Assembly (NCBI RefSeq): GCF_964204645.1
Contig: NC_134028.1
Span: 26,718,345-26,782,344 of the forward strand
Origin: Tubulanus polymorphus
Taxonomy: Eukaryota > Animalia > Nemertea
Direction: 5' to 3'
DNA length: 64,000 nucleotides
Shown: positions 11,754 through 24,556 of the stretch, piece by piece
How the letters are laid out: each line of letters begins with the position of its first letter
How positions within the stretch are numbered: position 1 is the first letter of the stretch
Program-made: the position numbers and the translations under genes
The notes under the pieces: model-generated
Told to the model about the DNA's origin: nothing
Database searches by the model: none
The model's input: only the letters and a program-made list of their open reading frames with translations

Positions 11754-13847
11754 CGTAAAAGAAACTGTATAGTATACAGATGTGGTTCACAGTGACGTGC
11801 CTGTGATAGTTTGTATTTTACATTGTTTTGGCAAAAAGAAGGGTTCTCATTAACCAACCCGTTACAAATCTGAACATGAAGCCAAAAATTCGCACTGGCT
11901 AGATTTCAGCGTAAGGCCCCTATTAAGTCATAATCACACAGTAGCGGATTCAGCGGATGGGTTTGGTTGAGTTCCCTTCGAAAAGAGCCGATGAAAATAA
12001 AAAAAGCTAATTCAAATAATTGTCAAGATATTTTGACCAGGACGACTGGTGCACCGTGCCTGTCAGGCCACATTTAGCGAGCACAAATTAAAAAAAAAAA
12101 AACGAATTGTACACGTGTCCAGGATCCTCGGATTTGGATTGCAAATTCAGGGAAGCACTTTTAATCAAAACACAGCAGCCCTCCCTCAATCAACAGTTAT
12201 TTGAACATGATAACTCTTGAATGTCCTGTCACTCAGTAATGTAGAAAACTTGCAATTAAGATAATGTATAATTAATTACCTTCTATCCTCGATGCATCAT
12301 TCATCCAGTAATCTATTATTCGTTATGATTATTATCGGTTTTGCCCCATTTTTTAACGCAAATTTCGAGCGCAGAAAAAAATATGACCTTGTATTTAACT
12401 AACCTATCTACAAACTAAACGTTCATTTATGATAATAGTCGATAATTTACATAGGCAGCAAAATTTAGTTATTGCTTTATTACCAGGACCAACCTCGATT
12501 TTGAAAGTAGGGCAGATAATTCCATTACCTTAAAATGCACTTTCGTGATCACGAACACACTGCCCTGGTATTCAGAAAATGCTTTATGTTTCGCTTGCAT
12601 ATCGAAAATGTCTTTATTGGTAGCTTTCCATTCGATTTCAGCAGCAGTTTTATGGCTGCGATCTTCACTAATCGAAATTTCGGTGCAGGAAAGAAATCCA
12701 GCCACCCCCGATCAGTGTCTGGGCGTTTCAACGACTGCAAGACAGCTCTACCGCATGGCAGTAGTGCCGTTAGAGCAGCCACTTTCGACTAGTTCGCCAT
12801 CTAGCGGACGTAGGTCAGTCACGCCTTGGGCGACATTGCCCATATCTCAAGGTTTTTATCGTCACGCGCCACGTGACCACGCAACCGAGCGGGTTTTTAA
12901 TAAGTTGTCTAATAACTCTGCGCACTAAATTCTCACATATTTCACCATTATCTTCCGTTTGCCGTGAAAAATGTATGAATGTTAATTTTTTTCTTTTAGG
13001 GTGGCACGGCTTCGATAGATCCTTGTGTAGCCCACATTTTCTTGTTACATTTTTTTCACTGTATATCATGCGATATCAATCATGTAATAATGTAACGACC
13101 AAATGATGAATAAGGCTAAACAAAAATGATACCTTGTTTCTCCGCAGCGGCCGGGTCATTTTTGTAAAATATGATAAAATTTATAAACAGTTCATTTCTA
13201 TACCGGCCGGGTCTGTTATGGTAAAATTGATCACGATTTCAAAAAAAGTAATGTACAGGATAGATAGGCGGCTGGCCGGGTCAACATTTAAGCTCAGCAG
13301 AGCGGAGAAACAAGGTATCAATTTTTTTTGGCCTAAATACTACTATCCTATACTATCCTATACTATACTAAAAATTCATTTAAGATGTGATGTGTAATTA
13401 GTTTATAATAATGTGTATATATTGTGTATAATATATATTGTGTATAGTATATTGTATATGTGTATTATATTATGTGTAATTAGTTATATTTCATGTACAT
13501 ACCATCATATATGATATAACAAATCTTATCATCATCTCTATGCCTGAGGGGGGAAATGTAATCCCGAAAACGTCGGCAACAAAAAATGACTTTCACTGCT
13601 TTGAGAGTAAGGTTGAATTCTGTTATTCTAATAATGCTTGTCAATTTTCCAGTTCAACCGATATTGCAGAACAGGAAAGATTCGCAAAATGTAAATCGAT
13701 ATGACGTGCCTCATTATCTGACTATTTTTCAGCGGCTCAACGACGGCGCAGGTGAACAGTTACACAGGGAGACTATATTACAACAACGGAGTTACACATA
13801 GAAATAAGTAAAAACGGTGTTGGAGTTTTGAATTTACTTTTAAAACC

Positions 13848-14673
13848 ATGGTTCATTTTCCCCTTTTAATTCTGGCTGTTGTTATGAGTCTAGTTGAAAC
13901 CGCTCCGATAGGTAGGTTCATTTCATTTCATTTCTATGACGCATTTTGTTCATTTGTTTTCCCACTTTCTATAAGGACATCTCTCAACTCGAGGCCTAGT
14001 GACGATTTAATTTCAATGATATTTTTAATGGCGAATTTATTTTCGTTGTTTCTAGATACGTGTGGCCCCCAACAGAGACTCAGATGGAATATAGTTGCAC
14101 GGAAAGCAATGGCTGGAATGCAAGATAATTGCATAAGCGGTCTTACTATAAGACAGTGTATTTATTCATGTGTGAAGTTCACGAAGTTCCTCTGTAGATC
14201 TGCTGATTATTCGGGATCACAAAAACGATGTTGTATTCAACCAGAAAGTAGATTTACACGGCCAGATTTGTTCGAAAATTGGCCATCGCTTCATTTGATA
14301 GATTGGAGTTGTGAACATGTAGAAGAATTAGGTTTGTATCAATAGAAAAACGATTCGAATTACAATTTTGCATCATCTATGGTAAATAATGTTGGAACTC
14401 GCATATTTTGTAGATTTCGGGATTGATACCGAGCCTAAGAATCTACCTTCATCCGACATCAATCCATTAGAACCAGTAACAACATCGAGGTCCCAAATTC
14501 GCTGTAGCTTGAAATGTCTTTTGAATCGTGAATGTGATTTGTTTGTAATTAAATGGCAGAATAACATCATAAAGTGTCGTTTATATAATACAGATCTGAT
14601 TGCTGATGATAAATGGCAACAAGCGACTGATGAAATCATCTATAAAGACAAATCTAGATTAAGATATCTGTGA
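13848..14673 (+). CDS. Secreted double PAN/Apple-domain protein, copy A; exons 13848-13911, 14056-14331, 14414-14673
   Basis: Signal peptide MVHFPLLILAVVMSLVETA. Exon 2 has the PAN-type Cys pattern (C..CIYSC..CRSADY..C) and exon 3 a second PAN-like pattern (CSLKC..C..CRLY). All introns are phase 1 GT-AG. Confidence 0.85.
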
Positions 14674-15727
14674 ATAATGTATGATGATGTATTTTATGAA
14701 GAAATCACTATGGAAGATTTGATACACTATTAACAAATTGCGATACTTCAATGCGAACAATTATGGTCATGCGATCGTAAAACATTTTTCCGATAATTAT
14801 AACAGAATCGGATGCAGTATCCAAGCCAACCATATCCATCAAGTATACCTCATAATGTCACTGATTAATTTTTGATGCCGTAAAAACCGTTACATTGACG
14901 TTTTTTCTTAAAATCCATAACTTCCACGCGTTATTCAAAGGGTTATGCGATAGTCGATGTGTGCACTATGTCATCAATTGTTTGATTGACTATATGCCAT
15001 GACTCTCATCTCATATTCAATGAATCTTCACGTATTATATCTAATACATTTCGGTTTCAGAGAAGGCTCGAGTATCGTACATTATCATCTCATGACATGC
15101 CAGTTAATTTCTGGATACAAAATCCTTCACTAAATAAACTGATGAATATTGTATCGGGAGACCAACATGTTATTTAGAAGATCGAAGATCAAATTGTCAC
15201 ACAGAAGCCACGTATAACCAACATTTAATCCAACCTCGCTCATCAAATGAAATATTTAACATCATCAGGGTCGGATCTAGACAAATTGAAAGGCCGGGAT
15301 CCAGAAGAAAAAAAAAGATATTTCTCGGAGAAATTTAACAACATTTAATGTCAGTCATAGTTGTTGTATACATTTCATCTATATTCGCCTTTAATGTTTA
15401 AATGTTTACGTGTAATAGCTCTTTGTTTCTTGAGACAGTTTGTCTGTGTCTAATCTGTTAATTGTTGTTTGTCTCACTGATGCTCGTCACCTTTGTTTTC
15501 GTATCATTTTCCATGTCTCAACCTGTCTCGTATCTCAATGTATATAAATAGTTTGTGTGTAAAAATAAATCAGTTCCAGTTTCGGTATTCCAAACTGATA
15601 GTTCGCTCTTTCGCTCTGCTCCGGATTTCCGACGTCGACCATTCTTCAAGAATAGGACCGAAAAATTAGCTTTGTTAAAAAAAACACTCGATATCAAAGG
15701 CCTAGCAACGCAAGATATTTTGTTTTT

Positions 15728-15788
15728 GAAGAAATACATGAAGAAATACATGAAGAAATACATGAAGAAATACATGAAGAAATACATG
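15728..15788. repeat. 12-bp tandem repeat (GAAGAAATACAT)x5
   Basis: Read directly. Confidence 0.9.
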
Positions 15789-17227
15789 CTAAAACATGGA
15801 AATTCCGAAAGGATGAGTGTCACATTTACAGGTTTTAATGATCTATCTCTTGGCGAAAAGGTCCACCTCAGTGGGACATCAGGGGTCCGGGCCCCCGATA
15901 ACAACCCCCTAAATCTACCCCAACCCGGAGGTCTCAGCCTTGCTCGCTTTCATTCAGCAGAGAGTGTAAGCAATAGTTATTTATTTACACCACACGGACT
16001 CGCATCGAAACCTTTCTTGTTGTTCTTTTTACGGACAGGTTTTATCAATCAGAAACCGACCAAGAAAGACTAAAGGTCCTTATGGGTTACGGTCAGCGAT
16101 CGATCACAGAGTTTTAAAATGGCTCGTTTCCTGACAACGTGACGACGTGCCAGTTTTTTTGTTACTTAAAAAACAGAACGCCACAAAAACATATTATACA
16201 AGAGGCATTGCAGCGGAAAACGCTTCAGACGTCTGTGTTAGAAATCGAGATCTTCTCATGCGAGATTTTCCCTTTGTCGATGCTTTCACTGATTACCAGG
16301 GTTTTATTGATTACCAACTCATCAAAACGAAAACAGGATCCGAAGAGAGTTTTTTTCGCGGCGACTAATGAAAGTGTGTCTGTTGTTGTTATTAGTGTGA
16401 CGGTCTACCAACAACAAACCTTAAAGCCAACACAACATGGAAACACGATAAACAGGAGACAAAACATGTTTCCGAGCTTTTCACTGCGTCGTGTGCGTTA
16501 CGAGGAACTAGAAACATCAGGTTTCGGTAAACAATGTTTCCGAGATCAAAGATTTGTTTCCGGTGTTTATGCGTTTCCCTGCATCGTTTGCGTTAGGCTT
16601 CAATAAAACTTAGAATCTGAATGATTTAAGAAATACCACATTTAAATGTACAAACGTGTATGAATTTACTGAATCGATTGAGTTGAGGCTGCGATAAATA
16701 TTTAACAGACTCGAACATCAGGGAAAAGCTCTTTTCATTTAGATTTAAATTTTAATTCATCTTACACGTTGAGCAATTTACCCCAATCGAGGCAGGTCTA
16801 CGAAATTCGAAGGCTAGCGTCCAGAATAATGCATTTATCAGATAATCAGACCCTTAGTGTTCTATATGTTCTGATAAATTCATCAGAAAATCCGATACAT
16901 ATTCCGCAAGGATACGTGTCAAATTTGCAGTTTTCCACGATCGTTATCTAATTGCTGTAAAAAGGCAACCTCAATGGGAAGGGTCGCCGAGGACACCCTC
17001 TAAATCTGACTCCCGTTACGTATAACAAGTAGATCAGGAACAAGTAAGATTGAGTTAATTTTCGTAGTCAAATATACTGCGTACGTCTTTCTATTAGAAT
17101 TCAAGTTGTCATCAGCGAAATTCTGATTCTGAATTTCAATGTTCTGATTTATTGAATCAGCTGTTGAACTGTAATTCGATAGTGAAGTCAGATGTTTGGT
17201 TTCCTTTGATTTATAGATTTAAACAAA

Positions 17228-17234
17228 TATAAAA
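17228..17234 (+). promoter_or_regulatory. Candidate TATA box of the Cys-rich peptide gene
   Basis: TATAAAA, followed by a putative non-coding first exon ending AG|gtaagt (17367/17368) and the acceptor ttatag| at 17665 just before the ATG. Confidence 0.4.
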
Positions 17235-17677
17235 CCGCTGACTGATGCTTCAATACACAGCATTCCATCGTTGTAAGGAGTTTCTATTTCAGAGCTTACG
17301 TAAATTTCGGCTCAAATCAGTCGAAACTAAGGAGTGTTTGACTATAGTTTTGTGAAATAGTTGATAGGTAAGTGAAATATTGGGCCAAAATATCTACGTT
17401 CAATATAGAAATCGATCTTATTACGAAATTAGACCCACTGACAATTTATGTACCTAGCAATGACTTGGAATTCCATTCTAGATTAAACTTACTGCCAGGA
17501 ACCGATCCCACTCGTCAGTTAGATTTGATTCCGAAGTCTAATTGCCCGTTTCCATATATATAGATCAAACTTACTCTGGGTTCAAATTCTTAGCGACAAT
17601 GGTGAATTGGCTCTAAATTTACGCTTTATTAGTCAGTGATTTCTTCTAAACCATTTTAATTATAGAAATCATAAAAG

Positions 17678-17911
17678 ATGTGGAAACTACTCGGATTCAT
17701 TGGTTTGGTGATGATGGGTGCTTTGCTGATTGGTGGAGTATCTGAAACTAGAGCGCAGGTGTTCCGGATGGCGTGTGCGGCCGCCATGAATGTGGACGGT
17801 GAAAGGTGTTGCTTGTTTAGTCGAGATGACCAGGGAAATGCGTGTAAATGTTTAACAGCGTCGGGCGACCGAATATTGGATAGATTCTGCCCGGGTGAAA
17901 ATACACATTAA
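17678..17911 (+). CDS. Secreted 6-Cys peptide precursor (77 aa), toxin/defensin-like
   Basis: Signal peptide MWKLLGFIGLVMMGALLIGGVSETRA followed by a 51-aa mature region with C-x10-CC-x10-CxC-x12-C. Good AAGATG context and a splice acceptor immediately upstream. Confidence 0.8.
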   Translation: MWKLLGFIGLVMMGALLIGGVSETRAQVFRMACAAAMNVDGERCCLFSRDDQGNACKCLTASGDRILDRFCPGENTH

Positions 17912-18551
17912 ACACGACGTCGACACGAAATCATCGAATTTCCATACTGAATTATTACTGAATTATTTAAAATCTTATCATTGAAACTGTTGTTGTTGTA
18001 ATTATTGGATTGGTCGGTATTATACAAGATGATTAATACTAATCATTCCGTGTTTATCACCCATATATCATCATGATTACAGGTAAGGTTATATATATAT
18101 ATATATAAATGGTCACCATTTTGTGTAAGCCGTTATCGTGATGAACTTCCGAGTCAAAATCGTTATTTGAAGACACGTGACCACGTTGGTACAGGAGGAA
18201 CATCTGATTGAATGAATTTTGATATAGTTTGCATGTTTCTAACGCATGTTCAGCGTGTCATGTTACCTTACAAGAATCAACACCGAGTTGACAAGCTTAT
18301 CGTCTTGGCTGTGCTCGTTTAAAACGTATGAACGTTAGCTTCAAGCGACACATAGGCCTTTTATCTCCGCACTTGACTTGTCCAAATTCTGTTATTATAA
18401 CTGCAAAAATTGAACAAGTTCGATATTCCAAAGAAACTACGCATGTCTCAATTTCAAACGAGTAATAACATCAAGTTGTCTGATTGGAACAGAGGACTAT
18501 GTAATTTGAGGACCATGCAATTTGTCAAATGTTTGTCTAAGTTAACCATCA

Positions 18552-18661
18552 GGGTCCAGTTCCACTGTTCTGAGTTAAGATTTGACTCTGAGTTAACTGA
18601 TTGAAAATGAACTAACTTTAACTCAGAGTTAACTCTAACTCAGAACTGTGGAACTGGGTCC
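18552..18661. mobile_element. Palindromic MITE-like element, family 1 (second copy)
   Basis: Near-identical to 1228-1337. No counterpart is seen in the duplicated segment at ~29.6 kb (aaccatcag-ataa empty site). Confidence 0.8.
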
Positions 18662-19550
18662 AGATAAATACCGTTAGGCTCACGTATATCAATGCCACTT
18701 CTATCATTCCCTGTGTCAATTTAACGCATAAACCAACACGAAAAAAGTTACTTGATGGTTTCTTGTTTCTTATAAACGAACGCGCACAAGGAAATGTTGT
18801 GAAACATGTTTCTGTTTCCTGTTTTAGCGTTTTCCCGTGTCTAATTGGGCTTTACCAACTCATTTACTGGTATTTCTATCCAATGACAATATGAGCGATA
18901 AAAAGGAACTGTTCATATCTCCGAGGAGGTGAGTCGACGTAGACCCAATCCAGGAACGAAATGCTTTTGCATTTTTACGCGCCTACAACGTTTAAAGGCT
19001 TTGCTGATTTGTAGATCAAGTTGAAAATGCCCGACGTGCAGTTTATAGTTTTGTATCTTGCGAAAGGGCACAAGAAAATCGTGTGACCGACGCCCAGCAT
19101 TTCAACAACGTACGACAAATATACGATACTGTAAAATCAGCTACTGATTTTGCTGTGACCCATGTTACCACAAATAGAGATTAAATGTATTATGTAGAAT
19201 GTTCTTGTTTTACTGTGAACCATCCTCACTGAAATATTCAGACGACGTCAGAGTAAAGTATGCGACATGACGCATTGAATGGTTCCATCGTTCAATAAGA
19301 CACCTCCTGTCTGATGTCAAGCTGCTGTGATGATGAAACCGACTAATCGCGAACTCTATCGTCGTTGTTGATATAAGTACCGAAAGGTTCTTAATGATAA
19401 TCATTTGATTCCGTCTTCAGACAGAGTTAAGAACGTTACGAGCATAAATCAGACCCACAGCCAGTTTAGTAAATTACGCGTAACAGGCGGCGGTGAAGAT
19501 ACGTCACGCATATTGATATAACACAAGGATACACGCAGATACAACTACAG

Positions 19551-22500
19551 ATGGATGATCATTTAGCCGGTACGAAGATGACACAACTAATGACCCAAAT
19601 GAATTTGAGTCTTAACTCAACCCTTCTTCCTGGTGACGCGGACTTACCGATGCCAATACTGTTCGTCGTCGGCACAATATTGTCAGTATGTGTTATGGTA
19701 GCAGTTCTGGGCAATGCGCTGATTTTATTCATTTTACTCAGGTAAGCGTAATGAAAATGTTTCAGAACCTTCGTAAGTTGTCAATGTACCTTTTTCAAGT
19801 AATACACGACAGATTGTATCGAATATCGGTAATGTAGTTTTGATATTGTGGTCGATAAGCCAAAAACTTAGTCCGCTTCAATGAACACTGCATTGTTTCT
19901 ATTGGACGGTCTTGTGGAGAGACGATCGATACGCATTTTATCTGATGTTTTAGTTCAAACCAAATTTTGAATACCTGACCACAGGCACCCCAGGCACCCC
20001 CAGGCACCCCAGGCACCCCCAGGCACCCCAGGCACCCTAGGCTTGTTCTCTATCATTCCATCATTATCGATGTATTAGTTGCTGAAGTACATAACAACAC
20101 CATCAACAATTCACACCGTAGCTAACCGAGAATTTTAGCATTCTTTGGCTTCACTGGAGGTGATTCAACGGTTCACAAGTCTCAGACGTTAACTCTATTC
20201 GCCGATTCGTTATTTGATTTTCATTCTAACGCTGGTTCCCCCAGTAATAAACTTTTATCTAAATACATATCTCGTATATAGAGATATCTACTTGATAATC
20301 ATATGTACCTAATTTCTCGTATCTTACTGATTGCCTCTAGTTCCTGTTCCAAACCCTTTCTTGGTAACATCTTTATTATTGAAAATGCTGTGTATAATCA
20401 TTAGTTTTTAATTTTCGTTTCGCTGTGGTTTTTGATTCAGATGAAACTTCGGAATTGTTTGCATGAACTTTTACATCACGAACGGTTGGTTTCGTTTATC
20501 AACTGCAAAAATCCGAGAATGAATCAGTCTCTATCCGTCACGAAATCGTGTCTGCCTAGATTATTTTTGCAGGTTAAAATAGTTTATCAATCCGTATCAT
20601 TTTAAGAAGTCGGGTGTTATGTTCCCGATGAACATGTCATTCGTAAGAGAAAATGAAAAAACAATCGGATAATGCACTTGTTATTTAGCTGCAGTCGGGC
20701 ACAATTTTTTTATCTTGACAAAAAAAACGTACCTAGATTTCAGTAGCTTGAGGCGGGAGGACGTATTTTACTTTTTGTGGATATTTTGCTGATTTTGCGA
20801 CGCGGGCAGGATTTGAAAGTGATGCGAAACAAGGTATATATCGCGTTGGCCTAAATCTAAGCCTATCTACTGTTGTTTAATTGATCGCAGAGAATTCATG
20901 AACAGTCTGTTCCTGTTCCACCGCGACTCAGTGAGCTGGTCGCTTCACAAAATGACGTCGAATTTTTTCAAGATATCAATAAGAATACTGATTAAGATTG
21001 TGTCTGCTATGTTGACGGATGCTATGTTGCCCGGGGTCGTACAGACCATTTTTTTCTTGGTTTATTTTGACATTGGAATCTTTAAATCTGTTAATTTTTC
21101 ACCGGTAAAAATATTTATCCTTGCATTTTTTTTCAGACACAGATGTTTTTCTGGCTTTACGCATTATCTGACTGTAAACCTAGCAGGTTGTGACCTGGCT
21201 CAAGCTTTGTTTGTAGCGCCTATGGTGGCAGGTGCTTGTTTTAAAGGAAGGTGGATAAGTGGGGATGTTGGTGAGCTTACGACTGTTGTATTCCTTCAAT
21301 TCAATTCAATGATTCATTCATCATACATTCTTACACGATTGTGGATGTTATATAATTTAATCTTGATTAAATTGATCACTATTTTGATCATGATTTTAAA
21401 CATATTAATGTACAGGTTAAAAAGGCGACCGGGTCAACTTTTTAAGCTCAACAGGAATGATAATCAAAGAATTCAATAGCCTTAAGTAGTTATCAAAAAG
21501 TTTAACATGATATTTTTTTATAGAGATCTAATATATGTTTGATAATCAGACGAAGGTCGATGGAACAGAATTAGATGTTCATGGCCTCAAAACCTTTGGT
21601 CTGCAGATTTGCCGATATTTTGTGGCCAATTAAATAAGAGTTCCGAAATTGGTTTCCTTGTGGAGACTCCAAGTTTATTCGGTTTAAATCGCCCTGCATA
21701 TATTACGTCAAAGTCTAGTATCATTCTATGTCTACTCCGCTCAATACGTAAAGGGTGTGTGCGCCTACATTTAGTATAAGTGCACACAGGACAGGGAATA
21801 TTTTTACCGGTTTCAGGTTTCGAGCTATTGAGTGACACATATTTTTCCTAAGAAAAATCCTGCTTTAAAAAGGTACAGGCAGATAGTTCATTTCCAACCG
21901 GAACCATTAGAAAACTGACTGACAGGGCTTGGTTAAGACGGGTCGGAAAGGATAGCACGAAGCGTATCAATTCCACGGATTTACCCAAAAAATGAGCCGA
22001 CGAATCGAAATACTTATTTGCCCAAATGGCGGATGTTTCGACAGCGGCTAGTCCAAATGATACGAGCGAAACGAATTAATCGGTATTCACGAGCCTTGGT
22101 ATCGCTTGTGTAGAACATGTTTGAGTTTGGGGAGGTCTGAGGAAGTTGTATCACCATTTAGAAAGGACGTGTAGATTGGGTTGAGAGAATAGATGCATGG
22201 AAACTCGGCAATCTAGTTTTATAGGTTAAACTGTATCATATGTTGCTAGAAGTTGCAAATTCTTGAACCTACAGTTGTTCGTATGAGGAATTAAGCAATT
22301 TATTTTCTCCAACAACTGCAGCCGTTCAAGTACGTTATATGTATATCAATAGAGGTGCATTTATAATTCATTTATTATGACTATGGCTTCTTGTTCCTTC
22401 TTGAGTTACTCAAAAGAATCACAATCAGCCATTTGGTAATAATAGATCAACAACTGCTAAATTGTATGAAATAATTGCCCATGGTATCTGAAATGGTAGC

Positions 22501-23881
22501 TCAGGGATGTGTACTGGTCTTGACTTTCCACCTTCTTATTGAAGTAGCCATTTTTCTAGTTTCAACAAGTTAATTCGATATCAAATGCTGTCAAAATCCA
22601 GTATAGGCTTCGCGTGATCCTCGTGGAATGCTCGTTTATCCAGGCTCGAAGTCAGTCCTGTCATAAGGAAGGTTTTAATTTCAAGAAAGTGGAAATTAAA
22701 TGAGGCGCAAACACATAAACTCATAAGCCGAAGGCGCGTGAAGGTGTGCTAGAAAATTGTTCAAAATTAAGTGAAAGAAGGAGCAATTTTCACTGCTTCC
22801 GACATATTGGAGTAGAAATGGATGAAGTCCCTTCAGGTCTTCGAATCACAATGGTCATCAAAATGTTTTTCTTCATTTCTTTTGCAGTTTGACCTTGAAT
22901 TAAGTTTGGAACCTATTTTTGAAAACTAGCAAAATATAAGACAAATGAGTCTGTTAAACAAACGATATTTTTTCTAGGTTGATATGCAAGGTGTAACATC
23001 ATCGATAAATGGGGTTTGCACCACTCCCCCCTCTAATGGCGCCGGTCGTTCGATGTAACGAATCTGTATATTTCTATTTTTAATTGTTTTTATCAGGTTG
23101 CTCTGTCGATGGCTTCTCGATGACGATGTTGGGATTCATTTCGATATACTCGACGATGGGGATTGCGCTGGATCGCTGCTTCGCTATCAAAACTTCACAT
23201 AAACCCAGGAAAGTAAAACTATCCGTCACCAGGCAGATGACTGTTCTATTAGCTGTTTGGTTGGGGGCGTTTATCTGGGCTATGCCTCCGCTAGTAGGTA
23301 TTTGTGGTTACGCGAGCGAGGTTATACCCGTGTCCTGTTCATACGACTTTCTAAACAAGGAGAAATCGTGCGTCTGGTTTATCATATCCGCTGTCGTCGC
23401 AGGATTTATCATTCCTCTTACAGCTACGTTATTTACGTTCCATAAAGTGTACAGCGCAGTCGTCGAGTATCAAGATCGAATTCGCGAAACCGACTTCAAG
23501 AAAGGACTTCGTTCCAAAGGACGTTGGAAACGCCGTAAGATGGCGCTCGCTACTGATTTAGCCCGAATGTCATTAGCCTCGATGTTGTTATTCTGCGGGT
23601 CGTGGTTGCCCTACACGATCCTCGCTCTTGTTACCATGTTTTATCACTCGCCGTCTTCAGTTTCATGGCTCTCGGTTCTGCCACCGATTCTCGCTAAAAT
23701 CTCCACTATACTGCATCCAGTAATGTTCGGACTGCTCGACCATAAAGTTCGCAAACGTATATACTCGATTTTCTGCATTGCAAGACGCCCCGCGCCCGTG
23801 TATAACTCAACAGAAGAAGAAGAATTCGTTTTCTCAAGTCGATCGGATAACTGTAAATCAGAGGAGTCAACAATACAATAG
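19551..23881 (+). CDS. Opsin, atypical (possibly non-canonical rhabdomeric-like), copy 1, 369 aa; exons 19551-19741, 21137-21270, 23097-23881
   Basis: 7TM protein with LGN, NLAGCDL, GC..DGF, ALDRC, WAMPPLVG, EVIPVSCSYDF, SWLPY. TM7 PPILAKISTILHPVMF carries the retinal-binding Lys (K296 equivalent, 23696-23698). Intron phases 2 and 1 preserve the frame. Confidence 0.9.
19982..20042. repeat. 9-11 bp tandem repeat (CAGGCACCCC)x~6 in opsin 1 intron 1
   Basis: Read directly. Confidence 0.85.
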
Positions 23882-24099
23882 ATTCAATGCTGCTGCGCCT
23901 CCACATGACCTTCAGACCTGAACCAACTCTAGAGAGCACTCTATACCGACCCCTTCAAATAATCCGTCACCCCGACCAACGATTCGAGATATGCTGACCT
24001 CGGTAGAAACTGATACTCCCTGTCGGAATTAACCAATTCATTTTCTCCAACATCTGCAGCCGTTCAAGTACGTTATCGGGTCTCTGTCATTTTTTTCAC

Positions 24100-24218
24100 A
24101 GATGAACAGTTACACAGATAGACAAAATTAAAACAACTGAGTTAGACCCAGGAACAGAGAAAAATGTTGTTGGAGTTTTGGATCCGTATTAAAACCATGG
24201 CATATCTTCCCCTTTTAA
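24100..24218 (+). pseudogene. Relic 5' end of a fourth PAN-domain gene
   Basis: Aligns by eye to 13749-13869 (tgaacagttacacag...tgttggagttttg...aaaaccatgg...tccccttttaa). Encodes MAYLPLL and then homology stops. Confidence 0.65.
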
Positions 24219-24556
24219 AAATCATAACATTTCTACAGATAAAATATATAGAATTTCAATTGGCAATTTCTTTTTCTTATTTCTAAAATATCGTTCATCA
24301 CGCACAAATGTAAACTTGGATTTGTTTCATGTACAGAAACAGTTTCTTTCTCACAAAATCGATTATATGGCAAAGAGCACATTGACAAGAAACAAAATGA
24401 GTGCCTTTAAAAAATGGATCTACTGCACGAACGACAAGTATTCGTCATTTTTTTTATTACGAGTTACAACAAAAAAGACATCTATATTTCAAAAAACCTG
24501 GAAGAATTTAAACGCTTCTTCACAAAGTCCCGTGTTATCAGATTCATCGACATTTT

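Noticed and set aside
12469-13106. Cluster of overlapping ORFs on both strands
   Set aside because: No recognisable motif. This is probably the interior of a non-autonomous element, since neighbouring sequence at ~13253 recurs at ~21409 and ~59034.
15518-16606. ORFs of 128-172 aa including KKYM repeats
   Set aside because: They derive from a 12-bp tandem repeat and repeat-like sequence, with no domain or splice support.
20898-21479. 193-aa hydrophobic ORF as a separate gene
   Set aside because: Only 21137-21270 is opsin exon 2; the rest is intron read-through and is not conserved in copy 2.
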